A stretch of 64,000 bases of DNA from Clostridiales bacterium UBA1206 (GCA_002310055.1 DBXS01000026.1:54135-118134); one strand, 5' to 3'. Positions 1 through 12,455 are shown, numbered from the stretch's first letter. The notes: generated by a model not told the origin, from the sequence alone. A program made the numbers and translations.

Positions 1-1031
1 AGGAGACCGAAAAGCTTTTCAACGTCATAAGGAATATGCGCAACGCCGGCAAGACCATCGTCATCATCACGCACAAACTTCAGGAAGTGCTCGAGATCTC
101 CGACCGCGTCGCGATCTTACGCAAGGGAAGATATATCGACAGCGTTCCGACCTGCGACGCCACCGAACTTTCGCTTACCGAAATGATGGTCGGTCAAAAA
201 GTCGAACTCAATATCGACAGACCCGAACCCAAAAACTGCGAGCTTCGACTTTCCGTCCGCGGACTTTCCTGCAAAAACGCCGAGAATATAGAAGTTCTTA
301 AAGATATCACTTTCGACGCCTACTCGGGCGAGATACTCGGCATAGCGGGGATTTCCGGCTGCGGTCAGAAAGAACTTCTGGAATCGATAGCCGGGCTCCA
401 GAAACCCGAACCCGGCGCAGAGATCGTTTATATATCGCCCGAAGGCAAAAACGAATCGCTTATTGGCAAAACGCCTAAAAAGATCCGCGCAATGGGAGTT
501 TCGCTTTCTTTCGTCCCCGAAGACCGCATAGGCATGGGGCTTGTCGGCAGTATGGGTATGGTCGACAATATGCTGCTCAAAACGTATAACCGCGGCTCCA
601 CGCCTCTTACCGACAAAAAGCCTTCCAAACGGCTCGCCGAACAGATCCGCGAAGATCTTGCGGTCGTAACGCCTTCTATCGGAACTCCGGTCCGTATGCT
701 TTCCGGCGGCAACGTGCAGAAAGTGCTCGTCGGGCGTGAACTTTCTTCTTCGCCCACCGTGCTTATGACCGCGTACGCGGTGCGCGGGCTTGATATAAAC
801 ACTTCTTACGTCATTTACCGCCTGCTAAACGAACAAAAAGAAAAAGGCGTCGCCGTTGTGTTCGTCGGCGAAGACCTCGACGTCCTGCTCGCTCTTTCGG
901 ACCGCATACTCGTCCTTTGCGGCGGCAGGGTCAGCGGCATACTCGACGCGCGCACGGCCACCAAAGAACAGGTCGGTTACCTTATGACCAATATCCCGGA
1001 AGAACAGGAGGCGCAGGATGAAAAACAGTAA
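1..1031 (+). CDS. ABC transporter ATP-binding protein (tandem-NBD, BMP/nucleoside-sugar type); 5' end outside the window
   Basis: The frame is open from nt 3. ETEKLFNVIRNMRNAGKTIVIITHKL is the H-loop end of a first NBD. The second NBD has Walker A GISGCGQKE and signature LSGGNVQK. It overlaps the next permease gene by 14 nt. Confidence 0.85.
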   Translation, partial: ETEKLFNVIRNMRNAGKTIVIITHKLQEVLEISDRVAILRKGRYIDSVPTCDATELSLTEMMVGQKVELNIDRPEPKNCELRLSVRGLSCKNAENIEVLKDITFDAYSGEILGIAGISGCGQKELLESIAGLQKPEPGAEIVYISPEGKNESLIGKTPKKIRAMGVSLSFVPEDRIGMGLVGSMGMVDNMLLKTYNRGSTPLTDKKPSKRLAEQIREDLAVVTPSIGTPVRMLSGGNVQKVLVGRELSSSPTVLMTAYAVRGLDINTSYVIYRLLNEQKEKGVAVVFVGEDLDVLLALSDRILVLCGGRVSGILDARTATKEQVGYLMTNIPEEQEAQDEKQ

Positions 1032-2214
1032 GATCGCTCACGAACCGTTGTTTCATATCACCAAACGCCCTCCTATGTCAAAACTATCGGCGTTTTCCGT
1101 AAGAATAGGCGCGTTTTTCGCCGCGCTGATTCTTAGCGCCTTATTCGTCCTCATAACTATAGGGATCGACCCCTGGACCTTTATCAAAACTATGATAAAA
1201 GGCGCGTTCGGCGTACCCGGCGCGGAAAAAGCCGATTCGTTTTCCGCTTTTTGGAGCATTTTTTCCAAGGACAGTTATTTCTGGATCACACTTAAGACCG
1301 CGTGCAAGCTGCTGCTCATCGCCGTGGCGCTCGCGCCTGCCTTCAAGATGCGCTTCTGGAACATAGGCGCCGAAGGTCAGCTGCTCGCCGGAGGTATGGG
1401 GGCCGCATTCCTTATGTTCAATTACGGAACGCTCCCCGTATATATCCTCCTGCCGCTTATGCTTATAGTCAGCATCGTCTGCGGCGCAGTCTGGGCGGTC
1501 ATCCCGGCGGTGTTCAAAGCCAAATTCAACACCAACGAAACGCTCTTCACGCTTATGATGAACTATATCGCGATGAAGATCGTCGACTACTTTTATAATC
1601 TGTGGCGCGGACCGATGTCTGCGCTCGGGATGATAAACCCCTCCACAAACGCCGGATGGCTGCGCTCGATCTGGAGCGGCAAGGAAGCCGCTTGGTTCCG
1701 CAACGAAGACCTTATCTTTATGTTCATTATAATCCTTATTACGGTGCTGATGTATCTGTATCTCAGGTTCACCAAGCAGGGCTATGAGATCGCTGTCGTC
1801 GGCGATTCCCAGAATACCGCAAAATACGCCGGCATAAGCGTTAACAAAGTTATGCTGCGCACGATGGCGATATCCGGTGCGATATGCGGACTTTGCGGAT
1901 TCCTGTGCGTTTCTTCCCAAAGCCACACCATCACTTCGACGTTGGGCAACGGCTACGGGTTCACGGCGATAATCGTCGCCTGGCTTTCCAAATTCAACAC
2001 CTTCGTTATGGTTGGAGTATCGATCCTTATCGTCGCGCTCGAAAACGGATCGATGCTTATGGCGAACACATACGGTGATTTAGGATTTTCTCCTGCTTCC
2101 GCCAAAATAATCGTGGGCGTTATGCTCCTGCTCATAATCGGCTGTGAATTCTTCATCAACTACAAGCTGGCGTTCCGTTCGCGCGCCGCAAAAAAGGAGG
2201 AGGTAACCGAATGA
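1018..2214 (+). CDS. ABC transporter permease (BMP-family / YufP-like)
   Basis: 398-aa polytopic membrane protein with AGGAGG 6 nt upstream of the ATG. It is translationally coupled to the flanking ABC genes. Confidence 0.8.
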   Translation: MKNSKIAHEPLFHITKRPPMSKLSAFSVRIGAFFAALILSALFVLITIGIDPWTFIKTMIKGAFGVPGAEKADSFSAFWSIFSKDSYFWITLKTACKLLLIAVALAPAFKMRFWNIGAEGQLLAGGMGAAFLMFNYGTLPVYILLPLMLIVSIVCGAVWAVIPAVFKAKFNTNETLFTLMMNYIAMKIVDYFYNLWRGPMSALGMINPSTNAGWLRSIWSGKEAAWFRNEDLIFMFIIILITVLMYLYLRFTKQGYEIAVVGDSQNTAKYAGISVNKVMLRTMAISGAICGLCGFLCVSSQSHTITSTLGNGYGFTAIIVAWLSKFNTFVMVGVSILIVALENGSMLMANTYGDLGFSPASAKIIVGVMLLLIIGCEFFINYKLAFRSRAAKKEEVTE

Positions 2215-3194
2215 TCATCTGGATCCAAAAAGCAATAGGATTCGCCGCGCTTATCACTCTCGCGGCGCTCGGCGAGCTCCTCACAGAAAAATCCGGCGGT
2301 CTTAACTTAGGCACTCCCGGTACTATGTGCGTCGGCGCCGCTACCGGCTTTATCGCGGCTTTCCGCTACTGCCAGGCGGTTGAAGAACCCAGTGTTATAA
2401 TTATACTCATTTTAACGCTGCTCGTTTCGTTCCTTTCCGCAATGCTCATAGGCCTCATCTACAGCTTCTTTACCGTCACGCTGCGCATCAACCAGAACGT
2501 CGTAGGACTCGTCCTTACGATATTCGGATGCGGCCTTGCCGAATTCTTATCGATCTATTTCGTGCAGTCTTCTTCCGGCAACGTCAGATGCGACCCGGCG
2601 AACAGAGTTTTCACGGCGCTCATACCGTGGGTCTCGGAAAAACTCGGCGTCGTTTCCGATCTGCTGTTCTCTTACGGATTTATGCTGTACGTCACTATCG
2701 CGATCGCCGTCGGTATGCATCTGGTCTTCAACAAGACCCGCATAGGCCTTAATCTGCGCGCCGTGGGCGAAAGTCCCGCCACTGCGGACGCTGCCGGCAT
2801 AAACGTTTCGCGTTACAAATACGCAGCTTCCTGTATCGGTTCCGGCATCACCGGCCTTGCCGGCGTGTACTGCGTAATGGAATTCAAGAGCGGCGCCTGG
2901 GCGACCGCCGACATCAGCACAATCCAGGCGTTCGGCTGGATGGCCGTGGCGCTCGTCATTTTCGCTGTTTGGAAACCGCTCAACCTGCTTTGGGGCTCGC
3001 TCGTGTTCGGCATATGCTACTGGGCTTATCAGTACCTGCCCGGAATGCTGGGTATCAAAGTTTCCACCGACCTTGCGCAGATGCTCCCGTATATAATCAC
3101 CATAATCGTGCTCATAATCGTTTCGCTCGGCAAAAAGAAAGAAAACTTAGGCCCCGCCTCGCTCGGTATGACCTATTTCAGAGAAGAGCGCTGA
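2211..3194 (+). CDS. ABC transporter permease (BMP-family / YufQ-like)
   Basis: 327-aa polytopic membrane protein. ATGA overlap with the upstream permease and GGAGGAGG upstream. A 13-bp-stem terminator follows. Confidence 0.8.
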   Translation: MIIWIQKAIGFAALITLAALGELLTEKSGGLNLGTPGTMCVGAATGFIAAFRYCQAVEEPSVIIILILTLLVSFLSAMLIGLIYSFFTVTLRINQNVVGLVLTIFGCGLAEFLSIYFVQSSSGNVRCDPANRVFTALIPWVSEKLGVVSDLLFSYGFMLYVTIAIAVGMHLVFNKTRIGLNLRAVGESPATADAAGINVSRYKYAASCIGSGITGLAGVYCVMEFKSGAWATADISTIQAFGWMAVALVIFAVWKPLNLLWGSLVFGICYWAYQYLPGMLGIKVSTDLAQMLPYIITIIVLIIVSLGKKKENLGPASLGMTYFREER

Positions 3195-3201
3195 ATATAA
3201 C

Positions 3202-3252
3202 AAAAATGATTGCCCGTGATACTCTAAACGGTATCGCGGGCAATGTTTTTTA
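3202..3252. terminator. bidirectional intrinsic terminator between convergent permease and malQ genes
   Basis: 13-bp stem (3210..3222 pairs with 3231..3243, including one G-U). It is flanked by an A-run upstream and a T-run downstream. Confidence 0.8.
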
Positions 3253-4728
3253 CCTGATTTCATTTTTCTTTTGCTTCTTTTGCGGATCTTCGTACCTGCC
3301 GTAAAGCTCGTTCAGATATTTCAGGCGTTCGGTATCAATGGAACGCAGCTGTTCTTCGGTCACGCGCCATCCCCAGTTGCCCGACTCCACGCCGGGAACG
3401 TTCATACGGGTATCGGAACCGTACATAAGCAGATCCTGCAAAGGGAAGATGACCGTATCGGCGCTGCATTCGAGCATCGTCCGTATCACGGAATAATACG
3501 CTTCGCGCCTGTCCCAGTACCCGTCCTCGAAACCGCAGTACGAAAGTATGCGCCTTCTTTCGCCGTCGTCGAGCGACCAGAGATATCCGAGCAAAGTGTC
3601 GTTATCGTGCGTTCCGGTATACGCTATGCAGTTTTTCGGGTAATTGTAGGGAAGATGCGTATTTTCGGGGTCGCCGTCGAAACCGAACTGGAACACCCGC
3701 ATCCCGGGGAAACCGCTGTCGTCGACAAGCGCTTTAACCTCGGGGGTTATCACGCCAAGATCTTCGGCGACAAGCTGTTTTTCGCCAACGACTTTTTTGA
3801 GCGCTTTTATCAGGTCCATACCCGGGCCTTTCATCCACATGCCGTCGCGCGCGTTAGCTGCGCCGGGTTCGCAGGAATAAAACGCTTCGAGCCCTCTGAA
3901 ATGATCTATGCGGATACAGTCGAAGAACTCGCACATAAACGCTATCCGGTCGCACCACCAGGAATAACCGTCTTTTTTCATTTTATCCCAGTCATACAGC
4001 GGGTTGCCCCAAAGCTGACCGTCTTCGCTGAAATAATCGGGCGGAACGCCTGCGACGCGCTTCGGTCTTTTGCGCTCGTCGAGCATAAAGTTTTCGGGCT
4101 CTTCCCACACGTCGGAACTGTCTTGAGATACGTATATAGGAATATCGCCGATTATCTTTATTCCTTTTGAATTGGCGTACTCTTTGAGCAATCTCCACTG
4201 GCGTACGAATACGTAGCAAATGAAACGCCAGGTATCGTACACATTTGTGTCGCTTTGGTCGTTTTCCCATTCCCAGAACGGCTTTCCGCCGTTGGCGGCG
4301 CGGCGCGCCATAAATTCGCAGAACTTTTCGGTATGCGGATGCGTTTCAAAAAAGGTATAGAAATCTTTGCCGAGAGTGACGCGCGCGGCAGCTTTTTCAA
4401 GCAGCGCCAAACGCTCGTTTTTGAGTTTGTCAAATTCGCAGACGTACGGAGTTTCCTGTTTGCATCCCGCAAGCTCTTCGTCGGAAATAAGCCCCACGTC
4501 GCAAAGCTGCTCAAGATCTATAAAATAAGGGTTCACCGAAAAAGCGCTGAACGAACTGTACGGCGACGAAAATCCGTCGGGCAGGCAAAAGGGAAGCACC
4601 TGCCAGTAAGAAAAACCCGCCGAAGCAAGAAAATCCACAAAATCGCGCGCTTCTTTGCCGAAAGCGCCGCAGGAGCGTTCGCCCCAAAGCGACGAGATAT
4701 GCAGAAGCACTCCGCTTTTTCTTTTCAT
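3250..4728 (-). CDS. malQ: 4-alpha-glucanotransferase (amylomaltase, GH77)
   Basis: Motifs KSGVLLHISSLWG, YWQVLPF, PDYFSEDGQLWGNPLYDW and RIDHFRG are typical of GH77. I moved the start to ATG 4728, which has GAGGAGG 5 nt upstream, instead of the track ATG at 4749. Confidence 0.9.
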   Translation of the reverse strand: MKRKSGVLLHISSLWGERSCGAFGKEARDFVDFLASAGFSYWQVLPFCLPDGFSSPYSSFSAFSVNPYFIDLEQLCDVGLISDEELAGCKQETPYVCEFDKLKNERLALLEKAAARVTLGKDFYTFFETHPHTEKFCEFMARRAANGGKPFWEWENDQSDTNVYDTWRFICYVFVRQWRLLKEYANSKGIKIIGDIPIYVSQDSSDVWEEPENFMLDERKRPKRVAGVPPDYFSEDGQLWGNPLYDWDKMKKDGYSWWCDRIAFMCEFFDCIRIDHFRGLEAFYSCEPGAANARDGMWMKGPGMDLIKALKKVVGEKQLVAEDLGVITPEVKALVDDSGFPGMRVFQFGFDGDPENTHLPYNYPKNCIAYTGTHDNDTLLGYLWSLDDGERRRILSYCGFEDGYWDRREAYYSVIRTMLECSADTVIFPLQDLLMYGSDTRMNVPGVESGNWGWRVTEEQLRSIDTERLKYLNELYGRYEDPQKKQKKNEIR

Positions 4729-4754
4729 ACGTTCCTCCTCATACGGCAAAGTGA

Positions 4755-6923
<2,169 letters not shown>

Positions 6924-7009
6924 AAACGAAACAGATAATTTTCCATAATTAATATTGCACAATATTTTGTCGTACTAATTGTGCATCATAACAAATCGGC
7001 GCCAAAGTG

Positions 7010-7038
7010 TTGACATTATTCAGTATATAATGTATAAT
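7010..7038 (+). promoter_or_regulatory. sigma-A-type promoter of the sugar ABC operon
   Basis: TTGACA (7010..7015), a 17-nt spacer, then TATAAT (7033..7038). Confidence 0.7.
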
Positions 7039-7101
7039 AACGAGGCTCGGAGGATACTCCGGGTAAATTTAACAGATTATTATATTTGGAGGCATTATTC
7101 T

Positions 7102-8658
7102 ATGACAAAGAAATTGTCGCTGATTTCCCTGGTACTTGCACTCGTAATGGTACTCGGCGTGCTCGTTTCCTGCGGAAATTCAAACAAGCTCCCCGAGGGG
7201 ACTTACAACATCACCGTTTGGGTCAGCGAAGTTCAGGGCGTTAAAGAGCTCACCGAACAGCAGATCGCCAGATTCGCTGCCGATAACGGCATCACCATCA
7301 ACGCTACCGTCGAAGGCATTTCCGAAGGCGATTCGGCAACCCATATGATCACCAGCGTTGAAGACGGCGCAGATATTTTCTGCTTTGCTCAGGACCAGCT
7401 TGCCCGTCTCGTTCAGGCCGGCGCTCTCGCTAAACTCGGCGTAAAAGCCGGTGAAGAGATCACCAACGCCAACTCGGCAGGCTCCGTTGCCGCTTCCAAA
7501 GTCGGCGACGCGCTTTACTGCTATCCTATGACCGACGATAACGGCTACTTTATGTTCTATGATAAGTCCGTTATCAAAGAAGAACACCTCAACAGCCTGG
7601 AAGACATCATCGCCGACTGTGAAGCCGCCAACAAGAATTTCTCTTTCCAGATAAAGACTTCCGCTTGGTATGCTGCTTCGTTCTTCTTCGCTACCGGCTG
7701 CGTGTCCGAATGGACCACCGACGCTGACGGCAACTACACCGACGTCAACGATACTTTCAACAGTGACGCCGGCGTTATCGCCCTCAAAGGTATGCAGAAA
7801 CTCCTCAAATCCAAGGCTTACACCGAATCCGAAGCCGGCACCGCCGACTTTTCCGCCGCTATTCCTTCAGCTGTAGTCGTTTCCGGTACCTGGGACGTCA
7901 ACACCGCTAAAGAAGCTCTCGGCGAAAATTACGGCGTTGCAAAACTCCCGTCCTTCACCGTTGACGGCAAAACCTATCAGCTCGCTTCTTTCTCCGGCTG
8001 CAAACTGATGGGCGTCAAGCCGCAGACCGACGCTAACAAAGCCGCCGTTCTCCAGGCTCTCGCCACCTATCTCACCGGCAAAGAATGCCAGCTCGAACGT
8101 TTCGAACAGTTCGGTTGGGGTCCCTCCAACAAAGAAGCTCAGGCAAGCGACGCCGTTAAAGCCGACGCTGCTCTTGTCGCTCTTTCCGAACAGAACGTTT
8201 ACGCTATCCCTCAGGGCCAGATCCACGGTTCTTGGTGGAGCATAGCTAAATCCCCCGTCGTTGCAGCTCAGACCGCTACTACCGACGAACAGCTCAAAGC
8301 CGCTCTTAAAGATTACGAAGACGCTATCAAAGGCGTATTCAATATCGATACCACCGGTTACATCCTTGTCGGCGCCTGGAACGGCTGGTCCAACACCGAC
8401 GGCAACTTCAAGATGAGCAAGAACGGCGACGTTTACACGTTCGAACTCACCGTTGAAGAGTCCGAATATATGGGCGGCCGTATTGTCTGCCCGGGTGAAT
8501 GGGATACCGATAAAGGTCTCGCTCAGGTAACTTCCGGCACCGAACTTCTTTCCGAAGACGGCGGTACCGATAACAATATGGTGTTCCTTGCTCCCGGTAC
8601 TTACAAAGTCACCTTCGATGAATCCACTATGTCCATCACTGTGGAAAAACTCGGCTGA
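7102..8658 (+). CDS. sugar ABC transporter substrate-binding lipoprotein (MalE/CycB family) with C-terminal CBM48-like module
   Basis: Lipobox LVSCGN and GGAGG RBS before ATG 7102. Family-1 SBP body. The last ~100 aa read ILVGAWNGWSNTDGNFKMSKNGDVYTFELTV. Confidence 0.8.
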   Translation: MTKKLSLISLVLALVMVLGVLVSCGNSNKLPEGTYNITVWVSEVQGVKELTEQQIARFAADNGITINATVEGISEGDSATHMITSVEDGADIFCFAQDQLARLVQAGALAKLGVKAGEEITNANSAGSVAASKVGDALYCYPMTDDNGYFMFYDKSVIKEEHLNSLEDIIADCEAANKNFSFQIKTSAWYAASFFFATGCVSEWTTDADGNYTDVNDTFNSDAGVIALKGMQKLLKSKAYTESEAGTADFSAAIPSAVVVSGTWDVNTAKEALGENYGVAKLPSFTVDGKTYQLASFSGCKLMGVKPQTDANKAAVLQALATYLTGKECQLERFEQFGWGPSNKEAQASDAVKADAALVALSEQNVYAIPQGQIHGSWWSIAKSPVVAAQTATTDEQLKAALKDYEDAIKGVFNIDTTGYILVGAWNGWSNTDGNFKMSKNGDVYTFELTVEESEYMGGRIVCPGEWDTDKGLAQVTSGTELLSEDGGTDNNMVFLAPGTYKVTFDESTMSITVEKLG

Positions 8659-8676
8659 TTTATCACAGAGAAAAAC

Positions 8677-8715
8677 AAACAGGTTGCGGCTTTTGCCGCA
8701 GCCTGTTTACATTTT
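8677..8715 (+). terminator. intra-operon hairpin / partial terminator after the SBP gene
   Basis: AAACAGGTTGCGGC-TTTT-GCCGCAGCCTGTTT followed by ACATTTT. This is the usual arrangement that gives an excess of SBP transcript. Confidence 0.6.
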
Positions 8716-8732
8716 CGAGAAAGGAGCTGTTT

Positions 8733-10364
8733 ATGAAACATCTCACTGATGCGGAATATAAAGACCTGAGTCGGTCAGAAAAGATCAAATATCGGCTGCG
8801 CAGGGGATTGTATCATCTTAAATGCTTTTTCGACCCTTCGCGCGTAACCGATCTCGAATATCTCCGTATGGGGAAATTCAAAAAGATATGGTATAAGATA
8901 AAAAGGTTTTTCGTCTCTATCCCGAGCAAGATCGGGCACTTTTTCGTAAAAGTGTGGAATACGATCAAAAAAGGCGTGCTCGCCGTCAAAAACGAATTCG
9001 TCGATATTTTCACCACCTTCAAAGAAGGCTCATGGCAGACAAAAGTTTCGTACTTTGTTATGGGGTTCGGCAATTTAGCCCGCGGCCAGATACTTCGCGG
9101 CGTGCTGTTTTTGCTGTTTGAACTGGTATTCATCGGCTATATGATAATCGCCGGCGGGCATTGGCTTTCCAAGCTCACCACGCTCGGCACCGAAGCCGGT
9201 CAGTCGAACGTCTACGATCCTGCTACCGATTCGTATATCGCCGCGCCCGGCGACGATTCGTTCAAGATACTGCTTTACGGATTGCTCACCGTCATTTTTA
9301 TCATAGCGCTCATTTACACGTGGCGCGTCAACGTAAAGCAGAACAAGATACTCGATAAGATCGTAAAATCCGGCAAAAAGATCAAAAGCGGCAAAGAAGA
9401 CCTGCATTCGCTCGTAGACGATCAGTTCCACAAGACGATGCTCGCGCTCCCTCTGACCGGTATTATGGTGTTTACCGTCATACCTATCATATTTATGATA
9501 CTCGTTGCGTTCACCAACTACGACGCGCTGCACGACGGCTACAGCAACCTTTTCACCTGGGTCGGACTGGATAACTTCAACGAGCTGTTCAGCTGGTCAT
9601 CGGGCACAGGCAAGCTTTCGGCAGCGTTCGGCGAGATCCTGAGCTGGACGTTGATGTGGGCGTTCTTCGCCACGTTCACCAACTACTTCCTCGGTATGTT
9701 CGTCGCTATTATGATAAACAAAAGAGGGATCAAGCTCAAAAAGATGTGGCGCGGCATCCTGGTGCTGACCATCGCCATACCGCAGTTCGTATCTCTGCTG
9801 TACGTTTCCAAGATGTTCGCAGATAACGGACTTATAAACGGTTTCCTGTTGGATATGGGCTGGATCAATGACCCGATCCCGTTCTGGACAGATCCGACAT
9901 ACGCACGTATAACGGTCATACTCATAAATATCTGGATCGGTATCCCGTACCTTATGCTCATCGCCACCGGTATCCTTATGAATATCCCTCAGGACCTGTA
10001 CGAATCCTCCCGCATAGACGGCGCGAGCGTCTGGCAGCAATATACGAGGATCACGCTGCCGTATATGCTCTTCGTGACCGGTCCGTATCTGCTCACGAGC
10101 TTTATAGGAAATATCAATAACTTCAACGTCATATACCTGCTCACCGGAGGCGGACCGACGAACCCGAATCTGCTCACAAGCGGCGGTTCGGCGGGCGATA
10201 CGGACTTGCTTGTGACGTGGCTGTTCAATATGACGACCGGCGCCGAGACAAACTATAAACTTGCCGCCGTCATTGGCATTATGATATTCCTCGTCGTGGC
10301 TGTCATCTCGCTCGTCGTTTACAACCTTATTCCTTCAACACGTAACGAGGAGGATTTCCAGTGA
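8733..10364 (+). CDS. sugar ABC transporter permease (MalF/GanP-like) with ~100-aa N-terminal extension
   Basis: EAA-loop ESSRIDGASVWQQYTRITLPYM. Polytopic. AAAGGAG RBS. Confidence 0.85.
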   Translation: MKHLTDAEYKDLSRSEKIKYRLRRGLYHLKCFFDPSRVTDLEYLRMGKFKKIWYKIKRFFVSIPSKIGHFFVKVWNTIKKGVLAVKNEFVDIFTTFKEGSWQTKVSYFVMGFGNLARGQILRGVLFLLFELVFIGYMIIAGGHWLSKLTTLGTEAGQSNVYDPATDSYIAAPGDDSFKILLYGLLTVIFIIALIYTWRVNVKQNKILDKIVKSGKKIKSGKEDLHSLVDDQFHKTMLALPLTGIMVFTVIPIIFMILVAFTNYDALHDGYSNLFTWVGLDNFNELFSWSSGTGKLSAAFGEILSWTLMWAFFATFTNYFLGMFVAIMINKRGIKLKKMWRGILVLTIAIPQFVSLLYVSKMFADNGLINGFLLDMGWINDPIPFWTDPTYARITVILINIWIGIPYLMLIATGILMNIPQDLYESSRIDGASVWQQYTRITLPYMLFVTGPYLLTSFIGNINNFNVIYLLTGGGPTNPNLLTSGGSAGDTDLLVTWLFNMTTGAETNYKLAAVIGIMIFLVVAVISLVVYNLIPSTRNEEDFQ

Positions 10365-11263
10365 TGAAAGACACAAAAAAAGTCAAAGAGAAAAAAGTCA
10401 AAAAGAACCGCCGCCATATGAGTATGAAGACCAAGCGGCGCATCGGCAACACGGCGATCTACGTCATTCTCGCTATCCTCATCATCATTTGGCTGCTCCC
10501 GTTCGTATGCATACTGCTCGAATCGTTCAGAGTCGATTCCCCCGGCCAATCCGGCAACGTCATCCCCAAAGTCTGGGGGTTCGATAACTACATAAGGCTT
10601 TTCAAGGAATCCGATTTCGGCCGCTGGTACCTCAATACGTTCATAATCGCGTTGTGTACCGCCGTACTGCAGACGGTCATCGTCCTGTGTATGAGCTATA
10701 CGCTTTCGCGACTGCGTTTCAAGGGAAGAAAACTCCTTATGAACGTTATGCTCGTACTCGGGATGTTCCCCGGTTTCCTCACTATGATAGTGCTCTATAA
10801 AGTGCTCAGCGGTTTGAATCTCACGGGCGCGCACGCTTTGCCCGGACTCATACTCGTCTACTGCGCTTCCTCCGGTATGGGCTATTACGTATCAAAAGGT
10901 TTCTTTGATACAATACCCCGGTCTCTCGACGAAGCGGCGCGCGTAGACGGCGCGACGAGATTCCAGGTATTCAAAAAAGTCATTATGCCGCTCGCCAAGC
11001 CGATAATCATATATACCGTGCTTTCGGCATTCATGGCGCCCTGGGGCGATTTCATTTTCGCCCGGTATATCTCGCACGGGACGAGCAGCGGTTACAACGT
11101 AGCCGTCGGCTTATGGAGCTGGACCACCAAAACGTCTATCGGCACGCACTACACTATGTTCTGCGCCGGCGGCGTGCTCGTGGCATTGCCGATCACTCTG
11201 CTGTTCATGTTTATGCAGAAATACTATGTAGAAGGCGTTACAGGCGGCGCCGTGAAAGGATGA
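10361..11263 (+). CDS. sugar ABC transporter permease (MalG/GanQ-like)
   Basis: EAA-loop DEAARVDGATRFQVFKKVIMPLAKP. The start is GTG 10361 or ATG 10364, both downstream of GAGGAGG. It overlaps the upstream stop codon. Confidence 0.85.
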   Translation: MMKDTKKVKEKKVKKNRRHMSMKTKRRIGNTAIYVILAILIIIWLLPFVCILLESFRVDSPGQSGNVIPKVWGFDNYIRLFKESDFGRWYLNTFIIALCTAVLQTVIVLCMSYTLSRLRFKGRKLLMNVMLVLGMFPGFLTMIVLYKVLSGLNLTGAHALPGLILVYCASSGMGYYVSKGFFDTIPRSLDEAARVDGATRFQVFKKVIMPLAKPIIIYTVLSAFMAPWGDFIFARYISHGTSSGYNVAVGLWSWTTKTSIGTHYTMFCAGGVLVALPITLLFMFMQKYYVEGVTGGAVKG

Positions 11264-11269
11264 TATAAT

Positions 11270-12394
11270 ATGGCAACAGTTAAATTGACCGACGTTAAAA
11301 AGGTTTACGGCAAAAACGTCGTTGCCGTACACGATTTCAATCTCGAGATCAAAGATAAAGAATTCGTCGTATTTGTCGGGCCTTCCGGCTGCGGCAAATC
11401 CACGACTCTGCGTATGATCGCAGGACTTGAAGATATATCCGACGGCACCATAGAGATCGACGGTAAGGTCGTCAACGACCTTCAGCCCAAAGACCGCGAT
11501 ATCGCGATGGTTTTCCAGAACTACGCGCTTTATCCGCATCTCACGGTCTTCGAGAATATGGCTTTCAGCCTGCGCCTTAAACACGCAAAGCAGGAAGAAG
11601 TATATCAAAAAGTCACCGAAGCCGCCGAGATACTCGGCATAACCGATTATCTTATGCGCAAACCGCGCGCGCTTTCCGGCGGTCAGAGACAGCGCGTGGC
11701 GATCGGCAGAGCGATGGTACGCGATTCCAAAGTGTTCCTTATGGACGAACCGCTTTCCAACCTCGACGCCAAGCTCCGCAACGCTATGCGCGCGGAACTC
11801 ATACTGCTTCGCAAGCGCCTGAACACCACGTTCATTTACGTGACTCACGACCAGACCGAAGCGATGACGCTCGGCGACAGGATCGTCATAATGAAAGACG
11901 GCTATATCCAGCAGGTCGGCACTCCTACCGAAGTGTTCGAGCATCCCACCAATCTGTTCGTCGCCGAATTCATCGGCGCGCCCAAGATGAACGTCATGAA
12001 AGCCAAGCTTTTGTACGAAGACGGCCGCTACAGCGTGCTCGTCCACGGCGCAAAGATGGAAGTCGACGAAGACCACAACCGCAAGCTGGCGGAAAAAGGC
12101 GTCAGATCGCGCGATATCCTTCTCGGCGTAAGGCCCGAGCATGTCTCGCTCGTTCCGAGCAAGCAGGAAAACAGCTTCGCCTGCACGCTCGAAGTCAACG
12201 AGATGATGGGCAGCGAACTGCATCTTCACGTCGAGACCGAATCCGAAGAGCGTCTTATCGTACGCACCCCCACCGTTCAGATGAGCGAGGAAGAACGCGC
12301 AAGCCTCGTTTACGGCGCAGAGCTTTACTTAAACTTCCGCGGCAAGGTAATGTATTTCTTCGACCCCGAGACCGAACAGAGCCTTACCGACTGA
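11270..12394 (+). CDS. sugar ABC transporter ATP-binding protein (MsmK/MsmX/MalK type)
   Basis: Walker A GPSGCGKST, signature LSGGQRQRVA, Walker B VFLMDEPLSNLD, and a C-terminal TOBE-like regulatory domain. Confidence 0.9.
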   Translation: MATVKLTDVKKVYGKNVVAVHDFNLEIKDKEFVVFVGPSGCGKSTTLRMIAGLEDISDGTIEIDGKVVNDLQPKDRDIAMVFQNYALYPHLTVFENMAFSLRLKHAKQEEVYQKVTEAAEILGITDYLMRKPRALSGGQRQRVAIGRAMVRDSKVFLMDEPLSNLDAKLRNAMRAELILLRKRLNTTFIYVTHDQTEAMTLGDRIVIMKDGYIQQVGTPTEVFEHPTNLFVAEFIGAPKMNVMKAKLLYEDGRYSVLVHGAKMEVDEDHNRKLAEKGVRSRDILLGVRPEHVSLVPSKQENSFACTLEVNEMMGSELHLHVETESEERLIVRTPTVQMSEEERASLVYGAELYLNFRGKVMYFFDPETEQSLTD

Positions 12395-12401
12395 ATCAGT
12401 T

Positions 12402-12445
12402 AAAAAACGGCTATCCGGTATTTTTGCCGGATAGCCGTATTTTTA
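12402..12445. terminator. bidirectional intrinsic terminator
   Basis: 12-bp perfect stem ACGGCTATCCGG / CCGGATAGCCGT, flanked by an A-run and a T-run. It sits between convergent genes. Confidence 0.85.
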
Positions 12446-12455
12446 TGTTTTATTT

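Noticed and set aside
6956-6985. Perfect 8-bp inverted repeat TGCACAAT-N14-ATTGTGCA between the GH53 gene and the sugar ABC promoter. I considered it as a LacI-type operator or a terminator.
   Set aside because: The 14-nt spacer does not fit LacI-family operators, and no T-run follows, so it is not an intrinsic terminator. No regulator gene lies nearby. I cannot assign a function from sequence alone.
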